This document shows positions 53,131 to 63,564 of a DNA stretch of 64,000 bases, piece by piece. Source of the stretch: Alphaproteobacteria bacterium (GTDB lineage Bacteria > Pseudomonadota > Alphaproteobacteria > UBA7985). A model generated the notes under the pieces. That model was not told where the DNA came from, searched no databases, and saw nothing but the letters and a program-made list of their open reading frames with translations. Location of the stretch: the NCBI GenBank assembly GCA_049612785.1, contig JBMZBW010000001.1, forward strand, positions 7 to 64,006, in the 5' to 3' direction. A program made the translations under genes and the position numbers. Within the stretch, counting starts at the first letter, position 1; the number at the start of each line of letters is the position of its first letter.

Positions 53131-53913
53131 TCAGGCCGGGATATACGCGCCGTTTTCCAGTCTTTGCCAGCGGTCCTCATCGCCTGCCTGCGGTTCCCAT
53201 CCTTCGATCTCCGCCGTAAAGCGTTCGCCATTGGCTGAGCACGATGCCAGAGCCAGTTTGACGAAGGTGCCGGTGATGCAGGATGGCTCCGGCAATGATT
53301 TTGGATCTTCACCCGGGTAGGCGTCGGCGCGCATGGTGGTGCGAATGCGGCCTGGGTCGACGATATTCGCGCGAACGGGTGTTCCTTTGATTTCTTTGAC
53401 GTAGGACTGCAGGACAAATTCCATGGCGGCTTTGGCCGCACCATAGGGCGACCAGTAAGAACGCGGGTGCAGAGCCGCCCCGCTGGATACCGCAATCAGT
53501 CGACCGGCCTCAGAAGCACGCAGCAGGTCATGGAAGGCGTAGAGCTGGTACTGAAGCGCAGAGAGGTTCGTCGCGATGATCTTGTCAAACTCAGCGGCTT
53601 CCATCTGGGCGACGGGCATAAGGGTGCCGAGCATACCGGCGTTGGACACCAGAATATCCAGCTTGCCAAACCGTTCGTGGACGATATTCGAGAGCTCAAT
53701 CGCCGGTTCAGGTCTGGCAACATCAAACGGGACGAGGATCGCACGGTCATAGCCTTGCGCCCGCAAACTGTCGTCGATGGCTTCGAGGTCGTCGTTTGTC
53801 CGGGCTGCGATGATGATATCTGCGCCTTCGGCGGCAAAGCGCTGGGCAACGGCGGCACCAATGCCTCGCGTCCCGCCCGTGATCAGGGCGAGGCGTCCCT
53901 CTAGCTGGCTCAT
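53131..53913 (-). CDS. SDR family oxidoreductase
   Basis: TGGTRGIG cofactor motif and a YxxxK active site (YGAAKAA). Confidence 0.85.
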   Translation of the reverse strand: MSQLEGRLALITGGTRGIGAAVAQRFAAEGADIIIAARTNDDLEAIDDSLRAQGYDRAILVPFDVARPEPAIELSNIVHERFGKLDILVSNAGMLGTLMPVAQMEAAEFDKIIATNLSALQYQLYAFHDLLRASEAGRLIAVSSGAALHPRSYWSPYGAAKAAMEFVLQSYVKEIKGTPVRANIVDPGRIRTTMRADAYPGEDPKSLPEPSCITGTFVKLALASCSANGERFTAEIEGWEPQAGDEDRWQRLENGAYIPA

Positions 53914-53919
53914 GGTTAT

Positions 53920-54570
53920 TTAGTTTCCTGTACTCGAAATCAGCGTTCCAATGGCGTCATCGCCATCGGCTGAACGCAAGCCGCCGTTGGCTTGTAAGTC
54001 AACACCATTACGCTGTTTTGGACGCGGGTCAGCGTCACGCAGGGTTTCCCAGGCATCCAGAATGCGCAGCTGCAAGTCATCGCTCTGCGTAAACGGCGCT
54101 TGCTCGGCAGCACGCAAGAGCGAGAGAGACACAACATGGACATAGGGCAAAAGACGCGAGTCTTTGACGTTAGGGTGATCCACAGCCGGGGTCCACGTCA
54201 GTGCGGCTGCAATCCACGCGACCCCCGCAATTGCGCCACCCAGCGCAAAGCCAAAGATCAAGCCGGTCAGGTGATCGAGGAACCGAATGGTGCGCGATCG
54301 GATCAGCTTGAAAAAAGGAATAGTCAGGATCGATGCGGCAATAAAAGTTCCGACAAACAGCAAGCCGCCAGCAATAACCTTGGCGATGGTCTCGCTGTCG
54401 ACCCATGCCTTTGTGAACTGTTCGTAGATTGTACCGTTGAATGTCAGGGCAACATACAAACCCGCACCAAAACACACGATGAGCAGCAGTTGCCGAATAA
54501 AGCCCCACATAAAGGAATAAAGGCTGGTAACGGCAATGACAAAGATGATCGCGATGTCGACCCAGTTCAT
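53920..54570 (-). CDS. cvpA: CvpA family membrane protein
   Basis: MNWVDIAIIFVIAVTSLYSFMWGF and four transmembrane segments. Located upstream of radA, as is common. Confidence 0.8.
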   Translation of the reverse strand: MNWVDIAIIFVIAVTSLYSFMWGFIRQLLLIVCFGAGLYVALTFNGTIYEQFTKAWVDSETIAKVIAGGLLFVGTFIAASILTIPFFKLIRSRTIRFLDHLTGLIFGFALGGAIAGVAWIAAALTWTPAVDHPNVKDSRLLPYVHVVSLSLLRAAEQAPFTQSDDLQLRILDAWETLRDADPRPKQRNGVDLQANGGLRSADGDDAIGTLISSTGN

Positions 54571-54688
54571 AAGCGCTCTGTGGTTGTGGTTTTGATCAAT
54601 TTGTAAAACATCTAGCCCAAAGCATCATCGAATGAAAACAGGACTTATTTACGGCAGATTAATCTGAACGGATTTCGCCTCTCGTTCC

Positions 54689-56128
54689 TCAGTCTTTTTG
54701 CCGCCGCGAAACCCCCAGAAAGGCTGTCAGCTCAGTAACATGTTTGGTGTGGTGCTCGTTCAGTGCTGAGCGCGTGCGTTTGGTCTTGCCCCTCGCAGGG
54801 GGGAAGGGAGCGACCACGCTGTCAAAGCCTAACTTTTCCGCTTCTTTGAGCCGCTGAGGGGTGAGCGGTACGGGCCGTACTTCGCCGGTCAAGCCAATTT
54901 CACCGAACAGCACCGTATCACCGGGCACCGGCTGCTTGGCGATTGAGGAAATCAGGGCAGCAGCGACCGCCAGATCGGCTGCTGGTTCAGACAAGCGGAG
55001 ACCGCCAGCCACGTTCAGAAACACGTCCTGACTGGCAAAATTGATCCCGCATCGGCTTTCCAGTACGGCCAGCACCATGGCCAATCGCCCTGTGTCCCAC
55101 CCCACCACTGTTCGGCGCGGCGTGCCGAGTGGGGACGGATTAACCAGCGCCTGTATTTCGACCAGTACAGGCCGGGACCCTTCGATACCGGCAAAAACAG
55201 CTGTTCCGCTCGGTGCCGGTCCACCGCCCTCACCGCGCTGCCCAAGGAACAGGCTGCTGGGGTTGGTCACGGCTGCAAGGCCATCGCCTGCCATCTCATA
55301 GACGCCGATTTCGTCCGCTGGGCCAAAGCGGTTTTTGATGGCGCGCAGGATCCGGAATGGATGACCCCGCTCGCCTTCGAAATGAAGGACCGCGTCAACC
55401 ATGTGCTCTACCACTTTGGGGCCCGCGATTGATCCTTCTTTGGTGACATGCCCCACAAGGATGAGCGCAGTACCCCGTCGTTTCGCAAGACCAATCAACT
55501 CCTGCGCCGATCCACGGACCTGAGCCACAGTGCCGGGCGCAGACTCCAGAGTGTCCAGATACATGGTCTGGATGGAATCAATGATCAGCAAATCTGGCGC
55601 GGCCGGTCCGTCGAACGTTGTCAGAATATCACGGACCGCAGTTCCGGCGGCGAGCTGAACGGGCGCGTCGGCTGCTTCCAGACGCTCGGCTCGCAAGCGC
55701 ACCTGATCCACCGATTCCTCGCCGCTGACGTAGGCAACGGAAACAGGCTGACGGCCTTCTGCGCCGCGCGCTAGTTTGGCTGCAGTCTGCAGCAGCAAAG
55801 TGGACTTCCCAATCCCCGGGTCACCGCCGATGAGCAAAGCCGAACCCGGCACCAGGCCACCACCCGTGACCCGGTCGAGTTCCGCATCGCCTGTGCGCAA
55901 GCGTGGCGGGGGATCGGCTGCACCTGTCAGCTCAACCAGATTGAGCGTCGCGCCACCACCAATGCCGGGCGCGCGACCGCCTTTCTTTCCCAGACCACCC
56001 GGCGTGCCGGTTGCAACGGTTTCTTCCACCAGCGAATTCCAGGAATCGCACTGTTCACACTTCCCGGACCAGCGGGAGGAAACGGCTCCGCACTCCTGAC
56101 AAACATATTGAGATCGTGCCTTGGCCAC
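54689..56128 (-). CDS. radA: DNA repair protein RadA
   Basis: N-terminal C4 zinc finger (CQECG...CEQC), a RecA-like ATPase (GDPGIGKST), and a Lon-like C-terminus. Confidence 0.95.
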   Translation of the reverse strand: MAKARSQYVCQECGAVSSRWSGKCEQCDSWNSLVEETVATGTPGGLGKKGGRAPGIGGGATLNLVELTGAADPPPRLRTGDAELDRVTGGGLVPGSALLIGGDPGIGKSTLLLQTAAKLARGAEGRQPVSVAYVSGEESVDQVRLRAERLEAADAPVQLAAGTAVRDILTTFDGPAAPDLLIIDSIQTMYLDTLESAPGTVAQVRGSAQELIGLAKRRGTALILVGHVTKEGSIAGPKVVEHMVDAVLHFEGERGHPFRILRAIKNRFGPADEIGVYEMAGDGLAAVTNPSSLFLGQRGEGGGPAPSGTAVFAGIEGSRPVLVEIQALVNPSPLGTPRRTVVGWDTGRLAMVLAVLESRCGINFASQDVFLNVAGGLRLSEPAADLAVAAALISSIAKQPVPGDTVLFGEIGLTGEVRPVPLTPQRLKEAEKLGFDSVVAPFPPARGKTKRTRSALNEHHTKHVTELTAFLGVSRRQKD

Positions 56129-56872
56129 TTAGTCCCGCCCCGTCAAAAAAGCCTGAAGCGGCGGAAAATCGCTGTTGTCGAGGTCAGTGATCCGTCCGGT
56201 CCACCCAATTGTTCCCTCGTACAGAAAAGCCACCCGTTGGCAGACTTTGCGCACCGATGCGATATCGTGCGTGATCATGACAGCGGCTGCACCGGTTCGC
56301 GTGATGGTATCCGCCATGAGCTTGTCGATCAGGCCAGCAGAAATCGGATCCAGTCCCGTCGTGGGTTCATCGAAAAACAGAATCTCAGGCTCTGCGGCCA
56401 AGGCGCGGGCCAAACCTGCTCGCTTTTGCTGCCCCCCAGAAAGATCTGCGGGTCGGCGCTCGGCCAGGTTAGCTTCCAAACCAACAGCCTCAAGCATGGT
56501 CAGGGCGCGGTCTCGCGCCTCTTTGCGTCCCATCCCTTCGGCCTGTGTCAGGCGAAAGGCAATGTTTTCCCAGATGGTCAGGGAGTCAAACAGTGCCGCG
56601 CCTTGAAACAACATTCCGATCCGTGCCCGCGCGTTGGCTGCTTCCCGCCCTTTGGCCGTGCGCAGCTCGACGTCGCCCAGCTCAATGGTTCCCGCTTGTG
56701 CTGGTAGTAGGCCCAGTATGGCTTTGAGCGTGACTGATTTTCCGGTCCCTGAACCGCCAAGCAAAGCCAGTGTCTCACCCGGCGCAACCTGAAACCCAAG
56801 ATCATGAATAATCGATTTTCCGCCGAGCGTAACGCTGAGGTTTTGGATGTTGAGAATGGCTTTGGTCATCAC
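56129..56872 (-). CDS. ABC transporter ATP-binding protein, MlaF-like
   Basis: Walker A motif GGSGTGKS and ABC signature LSGGQQKR. Confidence 0.8.
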   Translation of the reverse strand: MMTKAILNIQNLSVTLGGKSIIHDLGFQVAPGETLALLGGSGTGKSVTLKAILGLLPAQAGTIELGDVELRTAKGREAANARARIGMLFQGAALFDSLTIWENIAFRLTQAEGMGRKEARDRALTMLEAVGLEANLAERRPADLSGGQQKRAGLARALAAEPEILFFDEPTTGLDPISAGLIDKLMADTITRTGAAAVMITHDIASVRKVCQRVAFLYEGTIGWTGRITDLDNSDFPPLQAFLTGRD

Positions 56873-57684
56873 ACGATCCCGAACAACAAGGCCGTGAGCA
56901 GAAAGTTGGATGCGAGAATAGCGATGGCGCTGGAAACAACAGCCGATGTCGTTGCTCGACCGACGCCCTCAGCGCCGGCTGACGCTGTAAAGCCGTGAAA
57001 GCATCCCATGACCGCAATCAGGTAACCAAAGACGGCCGCCTTGATCAGACCGCTGCTCAAGTCACCCCCGGTCAGGAACCGCATGACGTTAGAAATGAAC
57101 AAAGGACCGTCAAAACCCAGCTGTAGAACAGCCACCGAGTAGCCACCCAGAATGCCAATGACGTCTGCGGCCAGAACCAGCAAAGGCAGGGAGATCGTTG
57201 CAGCCAGAATGCGCGGGGCCACCAGGTAACGCAACGGATCGACCCGCAGGGTGCTCAGTGCATCAATTTGCTCAGTGACACGCATGGCCCCCAGCTCTGC
57301 AGCCATCGCCGCGCCCATGCGACCGGAAACCATCAGGCCCGCCAGAACAGGCCCCAGTTCGCGCGCGATGGAGAGAGCAACGACTTGCGGGACAGCGGCC
57401 TCGGCGCTGAAGCGCTCAAATCCGGTGTAGGACTGGAGCGCCAGAACCATCCCGGTGAACAAAGCCGTGAGTCCGACCACGGGCAGCGAAAAGTAGAAAA
57501 ACTCAGCCACCTGTCCAATGAAGACGCGCGGGTAAAAGGGCGGGGCAAAAACACGCCATGTGGCTTGGAAAGCGAACAGCGTGCGCGCGCCTATTCCAGC
57601 CAGCAGGCCTAACAGCCCGGCACCAATTCTCGCTAGTCCATCCAGAATCCAGGTCACGCTGGTTCTCAATCGCCCCTTAATCAA
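56869..57684 (-). CDS. ABC transporter permease, MlaE family
   Basis: MlaE-like transmembrane pattern. It overlaps the ATPase gene by 4 bp. Confidence 0.8.
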   Translation of the reverse strand: MIKGRLRTSVTWILDGLARIGAGLLGLLAGIGARTLFAFQATWRVFAPPFYPRVFIGQVAEFFYFSLPVVGLTALFTGMVLALQSYTGFERFSAEAAVPQVVALSIARELGPVLAGLMVSGRMGAAMAAELGAMRVTEQIDALSTLRVDPLRYLVAPRILAATISLPLLVLAADVIGILGGYSVAVLQLGFDGPLFISNVMRFLTGGDLSSGLIKAAVFGYLIAVMGCFHGFTASAGAEGVGRATTSAVVSSAIAILASNFLLTALLFGIV

Positions 57685-57688
57685 ACCA

Positions 57689-58783
57689 CTAGTGGCTCAG
57701 ATACGCCCTTTTTGCACGCCGGGAAAGGCTGGTGAGGATTTCGTAGCTGATGGTCCTCGCTCCTTGGGCAAATCGGTCAACGGTCAAATCACCGCCGATG
57801 ACTTCGACAGGCTCACCGATCCGTCGCAAGGCAGCGGGTGCGTCGGTCAGGTCAAGCACCGCTGTATCCATCGAAACCCGCCCGACTTGCGGGCATAGGC
57901 TCTGCCCCAGACGCACCATCACCCGGTCTGAAGCGGCACGGGGCCAGCCGTCGGCGTAGCCCAGAGGAATAACACCCAGGTGGCTTTCGCGCTGGGCAAC
58001 CCAAGTGCCGCCATAGCCAACCGGCGCGCCAGCTTCAACGGTGCGCAGCTGGATCAGTGGCGCGTGAAGTTGGACGACGGGGTTCATGGGGTTTTCTGCT
58101 GCGTCCGGGGTTGGATTGCCCCCATACAAGGCGAGGCCGGGCCGACCCATGCCGATTTTCAGATAATCATCGCCCAGAAAGTGCCCGGAGCTGTTGATCA
58201 GAGAGGGAATAAATTCACGGTTTGATGCCGAGGCCATGGCCTCTCTGAAAGCCTTCAATTGCGCAGCATTAGAAGGGTTTTCCGGCTCTTCGGCACTGGC
58301 GAGATGGGACATCAAAATCGCAGTTTTAGCGTTTTTCCAAGTGTCTGAAGTTACGCCTTCAGCAACCTCTTGCGGCTGCAGTCCCAACCGGTTCATTCCC
58401 GTATCGACATGGATCGTTGCCTGATCATGGCCTCGCCAGCCCTTGATTTGTTCCAGTGTGTTGAGCACCGGGGTCAGGCTATATTTCTCAAAGGCCGCGA
58501 CCTCCGACAGACCTTCCAAAACACCGATCCAGGGGCCCTCACCGAGCGTCTCCCGCACGGTTCGCCCTTCGGACAGCGTTGCCACGAAAAAGCGGGACGC
58601 GCCCGCATCTCGCAGCTTTGGCGCGCAGGCTTCGACACCCAGCCCGTAGGCGTTGGCCTTTACCACTGCAGCAGAACCCAAGGCACTCAGGCCGTTGAGC
58701 AGCCGCCAGTTTTGGGCGAGGGCAGAGAGGTTGATGGTCAGCTTTGGCTGGTGCGATACGGTCATAGGCGTCTTTGGCGTCAT
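57689..58783 (-). CDS. alr: alanine racemase
   Basis: PLP-binding AVVKANAYGLG motif. 364 aa. Confidence 0.9.
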   Translation of the reverse strand: MTPKTPMTVSHQPKLTINLSALAQNWRLLNGLSALGSAAVVKANAYGLGVEACAPKLRDAGASRFFVATLSEGRTVRETLGEGPWIGVLEGLSEVAAFEKYSLTPVLNTLEQIKGWRGHDQATIHVDTGMNRLGLQPQEVAEGVTSDTWKNAKTAILMSHLASAEEPENPSNAAQLKAFREAMASASNREFIPSLINSSGHFLGDDYLKIGMGRPGLALYGGNPTPDAAENPMNPVVQLHAPLIQLRTVEAGAPVGYGGTWVAQRESHLGVIPLGYADGWPRAASDRVMVRLGQSLCPQVGRVSMDTAVLDLTDAPAALRRIGEPVEVIGGDLTVDRFAQGARTISYEILTSLSRRAKRAYLSH

Positions 58784-58788
58784 TGGTT

Positions 58789-59322
58789 TCAGAGTTTGTA
58801 AGGGACCTCGTCAATAAAACAAAGCTGCTGGGGGAAATCCCACTCGACAAACAACCCATTCCAGATATCGACATAGCCGCGCACCCGGACACGTTGCCCG
58901 ATCCAGTTTTCCGGATCAGGCCATAATTGGCGCACCATGCGCAGCGGTTTGTCCTGAAGCGATACGGTAAAGTCTGTGCGATAGTCGGCACCAAAGTTGA
59001 GGAACCAGCGTTGGCGGCCCTCGAAAACATCCAGGATAACGCCTTCCACCACCATAAAGGAGGCTGGCGTTTTGTTTACCTCTGCGTTTTCCAGATCCGC
59101 GGCTGAAAAAACCTGAACATCCGGGCTCAAGGGCTCGCACTGGGTTGGAAAACGGTGCTCGTCGACCCACTCCAGGGGTCCGAATTCAGCGGTCAAGGAT
59201 TGCTGCAGGGTAGAACCTGTTTCCGCGCGTGCTTCAGCGCCTAGCCAGAGACAGCAACAAAACGCTAATGTAGCGCCGAGAAACCCAAAGGGATGAGAAG
59301 CGGTGAACGAAAACGCGAACAC
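58789..59322 (-). CDS. hypothetical secreted protein
   Basis: Signal peptide FGFLGATLAFCCCLWLGAEARA. GTG start whose 20 bp overlap the divergent polA start. No family recognised. Confidence 0.35.
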   Translation of the reverse strand: MFAFSFTASHPFGFLGATLAFCCCLWLGAEARAETGSTLQQSLTAEFGPLEWVDEHRFPTQCEPLSPDVQVFSAADLENAEVNKTPASFMVVEGVILDVFEGRQRWFLNFGADYRTDFTVSLQDKPLRMVRQLWPDPENWIGQRVRVRGYVDIWNGLFVEWDFPQQLCFIDEVPYKL

Positions 59323-62062
59323 GGGGCGTACACTCTATCTGGTTGATGGATCGGCTTATATCTTTCGTGCATATCACGCTTTGCCGCCGCTGACGCGCTC
59401 AGATGGCACGCCCGTTGGTGCGGTTCGGGGGTTCATGACGATGATGCTGCGGCTGGTGGAAGATCATGCCCGTGACTACATCGGTGTGATTTTCGATGCC
59501 AAAGGCGACACCTTTCGCAACGAGATTTATGATCAGTACAAGGCCAACCGTGACGCGCCTCCCGAAGACCTGGTTCCCCAATTCCCACTCGTCCGGGATG
59601 CAACGCGCGCTTTGAACCTGTCATGTATCGAGCAGCCGGGTTTCGAAGCCGATGACATCATCGCAACCTATGCCAAGTTGGGCGCTGAAGCCGGTTTGGA
59701 TGTCGTGATCGTGTCTTCGGACAAGGACTTGATGCAGTTGGTAAACGACCGAGTCTGCATGCTCGACCCCATGAAGCAAAAAACCCTGCGCTATGATGAG
59801 GTGGTGGAAAAGTTCGGTGTCGGTCCGGACAGGGTGGTGGATGTGCAGTCGCTGGCCGGTGACAGCGTTGACAACGTGCCGGGCGTCCCCGGTATCGGTA
59901 TCAAGACAGCGGCGTTGCTGATCAACGAATATGGCGATCTCGATACGCTGCTTGAGCGTGCAGGCGAGATTAAACAGAACAAGCGCCGTGAAAACCTGAT
60001 TGAGTTTGCGGATATGGCGCGGGTCTCCAGGGATCTGGTGCGGCTGGACACCGCTGTTCCGGATCTCCCGCCTCTCGAAGACCTCCGCCACGAAGCGCAT
60101 AGTGATGAAACCCTGCTTGAGTTTCTGCAGCTCATGGAATTCAAGTCCATCGCACAGAAGATGGGCATGCAGGTCGAAGTCCAAAGCGTCGTAGAAGCAC
60201 CCGAGGCGCAAAAAGAAGTGCCGATCTCGGAGAATAAATACGAGCTTGTAACTACACTGGACGCGCTAGACCGATGGATTGAGCGGGCCCGTGAAGCGCG
60301 ACTGGTTGCTTTCGACACAGAAACCACGTCCCTGGATCAGCAGCAGGCGGAACTGGTTGGCGTGTCGCTGTGCATTGAGCCCGGTGAGGCTTGTTACATT
60401 CCACTGGCACACAAGCCCGGCGACCTGATCAGTGAAACGCCAGAGCAAATCCCTATGGCCGAGGCGATTGGTCGCCTAAAGCCCCTGTTGGAGAGCGCTG
60501 CGGTCCTCAAAATCGCGCACAATGCCAAGTACGATATGGCGGTTTTGCTGCATTCTGGCATTCGGGTTGGGCCTGTTGATGACACCATGCTGCTCAGTTT
60601 TGTGCTTGATGGTGGCAAGCACAATCATGGTCTTGATGAGCTTTCAGACCGCATGTTGGGCCACAAAACCATTGCTTACAAAGAAGTGGCGGGTGTGGGG
60701 AAAAGCCAGGTTACGTTCGACTACGTGACACTGGATAAAGCGCTGGACTACGCTGCCGAGGACGCTGACATTGCCATGCGGCTGCACCGGCGGTTGAAAG
60801 CGCGGTTGGTGCCGGAGAAGATGGCGACGCTCTATGAGACCATGGAGCGACCTTTGATCGGCGTGCTGACCGATATGGAGCGTGAAGGAATCAAGATCGA
60901 TCCGCAGCTCCTCTCCCGCATGTCTTCAGAATTCGCGCAGGACAGCGCGCGGCTGGAAGATGAAATCTACGAATTGGCCGGGGAAAGTTTCAATATCGGT
61001 TCACCCAAACAGTTGGGTGAGATCCTGTTTGGCAAGCTGGGTTTACCCGGTGGCAAGAAAACCGGCAAAACCGGCGCTTATTCCACCGGTGCTGAGGTGC
61101 TCGAAGGTTTGGCAGCGCAGGGGCATGATCTGCCGTCCCGCATTCTGGATTGGCGGCAGGTCAACAAGCTCAAGTCCACCTATACCGACGCCTTGCAGAC
61201 ACAGATCAACCCACGGACCAAGCGCGTCCACACGTCCTATGCCATGACCGGCGCACAGACAGGGCGGCTGTCGTCAACAGATCCGAACTTGCAGAACATT
61301 CCGGTTCGGACCGAGGCTGGGCGCAAAATTCGTTCAGCCTTCATCGCTGAGCCGGGCTGTAAGTTGATTTCCATCGACTATTCGCAGATCGAGCTGCGTT
61401 TGACCGCGCACATGGCCGAGGAAGAAACGCTGCGGCAGGCGTTCCGCGATGGTCTGGATATCCACGCCATGACTGCCAGTCAGGTGTTTGGTGTTCCAAT
61501 CGAAGGGATGGACCCCATGGTCCGCCGGAACGCAAAGGCCATCAACTTCGGCATTATTTATGGGATTTCAGCCTTTGGTCTCGCCAACAATCTGGGCATT
61601 TCCAATGGCGAGGCCAAAGACTTCATCGACCAGTATTTCCAGCGCTTTCCGGGCATTCGTGAGTACATGGAGCGGGCCAAGCTGTACGGGCGCGATCATG
61701 GCTTTGTGCAGACCCTGTTTGGACGTAAAATTCATCTTTCCGGCATTGCCGACAAGAACTTTGCCAAGCGCGGTTTTGCTGAACGTCAGGCGATCAATGC
61801 GCCCATTCAGGGGACGGCTGCGGACATCATCAAGCGTGCCATGCTGCGGATGCCCGAGGCGCTGAAAGCGGCGGGGTTGAAGGGGAAAATGCTGCTGCAG
61901 GTGCACGACGAACTGATCTTCGAGGCGCCTGAAGCCGAAGCAGAGCAACTGGTTGCCGTCGCCCGTGACGTCATGGAGGGCGCTTGCAGCCCTGTGATCG
62001 AGCTGGCCGTACCTCTGGTAGCGGACGCGGGCGTAGCCGACAATTGGATGGAAGCCCACTAG
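59303..62062 (+). CDS. polA: DNA polymerase I
   Basis: 5'-3' exonuclease N-terminus (YLVDGSAYIFRAYHA), a 3'-5' exonuclease domain, and polymerase motifs (DYSQIELR and QVHDEL). GTG start. Confidence 0.95.
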   Translation: MNENANTGRTLYLVDGSAYIFRAYHALPPLTRSDGTPVGAVRGFMTMMLRLVEDHARDYIGVIFDAKGDTFRNEIYDQYKANRDAPPEDLVPQFPLVRDATRALNLSCIEQPGFEADDIIATYAKLGAEAGLDVVIVSSDKDLMQLVNDRVCMLDPMKQKTLRYDEVVEKFGVGPDRVVDVQSLAGDSVDNVPGVPGIGIKTAALLINEYGDLDTLLERAGEIKQNKRRENLIEFADMARVSRDLVRLDTAVPDLPPLEDLRHEAHSDETLLEFLQLMEFKSIAQKMGMQVEVQSVVEAPEAQKEVPISENKYELVTTLDALDRWIERAREARLVAFDTETTSLDQQQAELVGVSLCIEPGEACYIPLAHKPGDLISETPEQIPMAEAIGRLKPLLESAAVLKIAHNAKYDMAVLLHSGIRVGPVDDTMLLSFVLDGGKHNHGLDELSDRMLGHKTIAYKEVAGVGKSQVTFDYVTLDKALDYAAEDADIAMRLHRRLKARLVPEKMATLYETMERPLIGVLTDMEREGIKIDPQLLSRMSSEFAQDSARLEDEIYELAGESFNIGSPKQLGEILFGKLGLPGGKKTGKTGAYSTGAEVLEGLAAQGHDLPSRILDWRQVNKLKSTYTDALQTQINPRTKRVHTSYAMTGAQTGRLSSTDPNLQNIPVRTEAGRKIRSAFIAEPGCKLISIDYSQIELRLTAHMAEEETLRQAFRDGLDIHAMTASQVFGVPIEGMDPMVRRNAKAINFGIIYGISAFGLANNLGISNGEAKDFIDQYFQRFPGIREYMERAKLYGRDHGFVQTLFGRKIHLSGIADKNFAKRGFAERQAINAPIQGTAADIIKRAMLRMPEALKAAGLKGKMLLQVHDELIFEAPEAEAEQLVAVARDVMEGACSPVIELAVPLVADAGVADNWMEAH

Positions 62063-62080
62063 TGGGGAAGGGGTGAAGCG

Positions 62081-62707
62081 ATGGCTGAGAACAAAGGCGC
62101 TGCGAACAAGAATCAGGCTTATGCCATCAATGATGTTGAAGGTACGCGCAAGCTCTACGCGGGCTGGGCCGATACCTATGACAGCGATACCACCGAGGGC
62201 ATGGGCTATGTCGCGCACAAGGTCGTAGCCGATCTTGCGGCGGAGTTTCTGGATAAAGGCACGCCTGTGCTCGATGTTGCGTGTGGAACGGGGATGTTGG
62301 GCACGGAGCTGCGCGAGCGGGGCTTTTCGATCATTGACGGGCTCGACCTGAGTCCGGAGATGCTGGCCAAGGCGGAGGCGCTGGGTGTGTATCGCAAGTT
62401 GGGCGAACTGGATATGACCCAAGCCTGGGATATTGAAGAGGGTACCGTCGAAGCCCTGACGTGCTGTGGGATTTTTGGGCCTTCGGTCATTGGGCCGGAA
62501 CACCTCGTCCATTTGGCTCCACCGATGAAGTCGGGTGCTCGAGCTGTGATCTCGATCAATGGTAAAGGCTACGAGGAACGGCCCTTTGAGGACGCGCTGG
62601 AAGCCTTATTCGACGACGGGCTGTTTCGGGAAATCTATCGCGGCTTTAATGACTATCTGCCTAAAGAAGATATCGATGCGCTCTATGTTGTTCTGGAGCG
62701 ATTTTAG
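62081..62707 (+). CDS. class I SAM-dependent methyltransferase
   Basis: VLDVACGTGMLG motif I. 208 aa. Confidence 0.8.
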   Translation: MAENKGAANKNQAYAINDVEGTRKLYAGWADTYDSDTTEGMGYVAHKVVADLAAEFLDKGTPVLDVACGTGMLGTELRERGFSIIDGLDLSPEMLAKAEALGVYRKLGELDMTQAWDIEEGTVEALTCCGIFGPSVIGPEHLVHLAPPMKSGARAVISINGKGYEERPFEDALEALFDDGLFREIYRGFNDYLPKEDIDALYVVLERF

Positions 62708-63300
62708 CCCGTTAGCAGCAGCGACAAAACGAAGCCGGCCAAAAGCACGCCCATCAAGCGGTTAAACCAGATAATGCGTTGGCCTATGTTCAGCCAGTCG
62801 CGCAGCAGTGCCCCTGCGACCAACCAGGATGTATTGAAAATGGCCGTTGTCGCCATGATGATCAGCGCTGCCGTTACCGCGCCGGCGATGTCGATTGTTC
62901 CTGCCGCCATCACACTGGATGTGACTGTAATGGCCATCGACCAGACCTTGGGATTGAGCCACTGAAATCCTGCCATTTTCAGAAAACCAATGGGCTCGCG
63001 ATTGTCGTTGCCCGTGCTCAACGTCGTGGTGGTCGCGACCTGCCAGGCGAGATAAAGCAGATAGGCGGAACCCGCGATTTTTAGGATGGTTTTGAAGAGG
63101 GGAGCGGCCTGAAAGATTGGTCCTAGACCCAAACCGACGCAGAGCACCAGAACCGGAAAGCCCAGCACAATGCCCAGCAGCATGGGCGTGGAACGCCGTA
63201 ATCCGTGCTGAACGCCCGAGGCCGCGAGCAGCAGATTATTGGGGCCGGGGGTCACCGTAAGCAGTGACATGGTGGTAAAAACCAGAAAGAGGTCGGTCAT
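62704..63300 (-). CDS. LysE/RhtB family amino-acid exporter
   Basis: LTVTPGPNNLL N-terminal motif and six transmembrane segments. Confidence 0.85.
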   Translation of the reverse strand: MTDLFLVFTTMSLLTVTPGPNNLLLAASGVQHGLRRSTPMLLGIVLGFPVLVLCVGLGLGPIFQAAPLFKTILKIAGSAYLLYLAWQVATTTTLSTGNDNREPIGFLKMAGFQWLNPKVWSMAITVTSSVMAAGTIDIAGAVTAALIIMATTAIFNTSWLVAGALLRDWLNIGQRIIWFNRLMGVLLAGFVLSLLLTG

Positions 63301-63564
63301 CGTTTTGCAGGTTTTGGCGTGATGTCCAAGAGGACCACGGCAGCGACCTGCGCGCTATACCGAAAGACATGGTGTCCCAAGAATTTTTCCCTTCGCTCCT
63401 CTCAACGCATGCGAAGAGAGGAGACGAAGGTGCCTTTTGGCTGATTTTGGGCTATCAGCCGTCGCCAAATATCTGGGTGTTGGGCAACACTCAAGAAGGC
63501 CGGCACCTTCGTCCCTAACCTCAAGATTGGGTCAGTAGGGAACGAGCGGTTACTGACCCGATGG

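Noticed and set aside
61568-62512. 314-aa minus-strand ORF spanning the polA 3' end and the methyltransferase gene
   Set aside because: Antisense to two well-supported genes.
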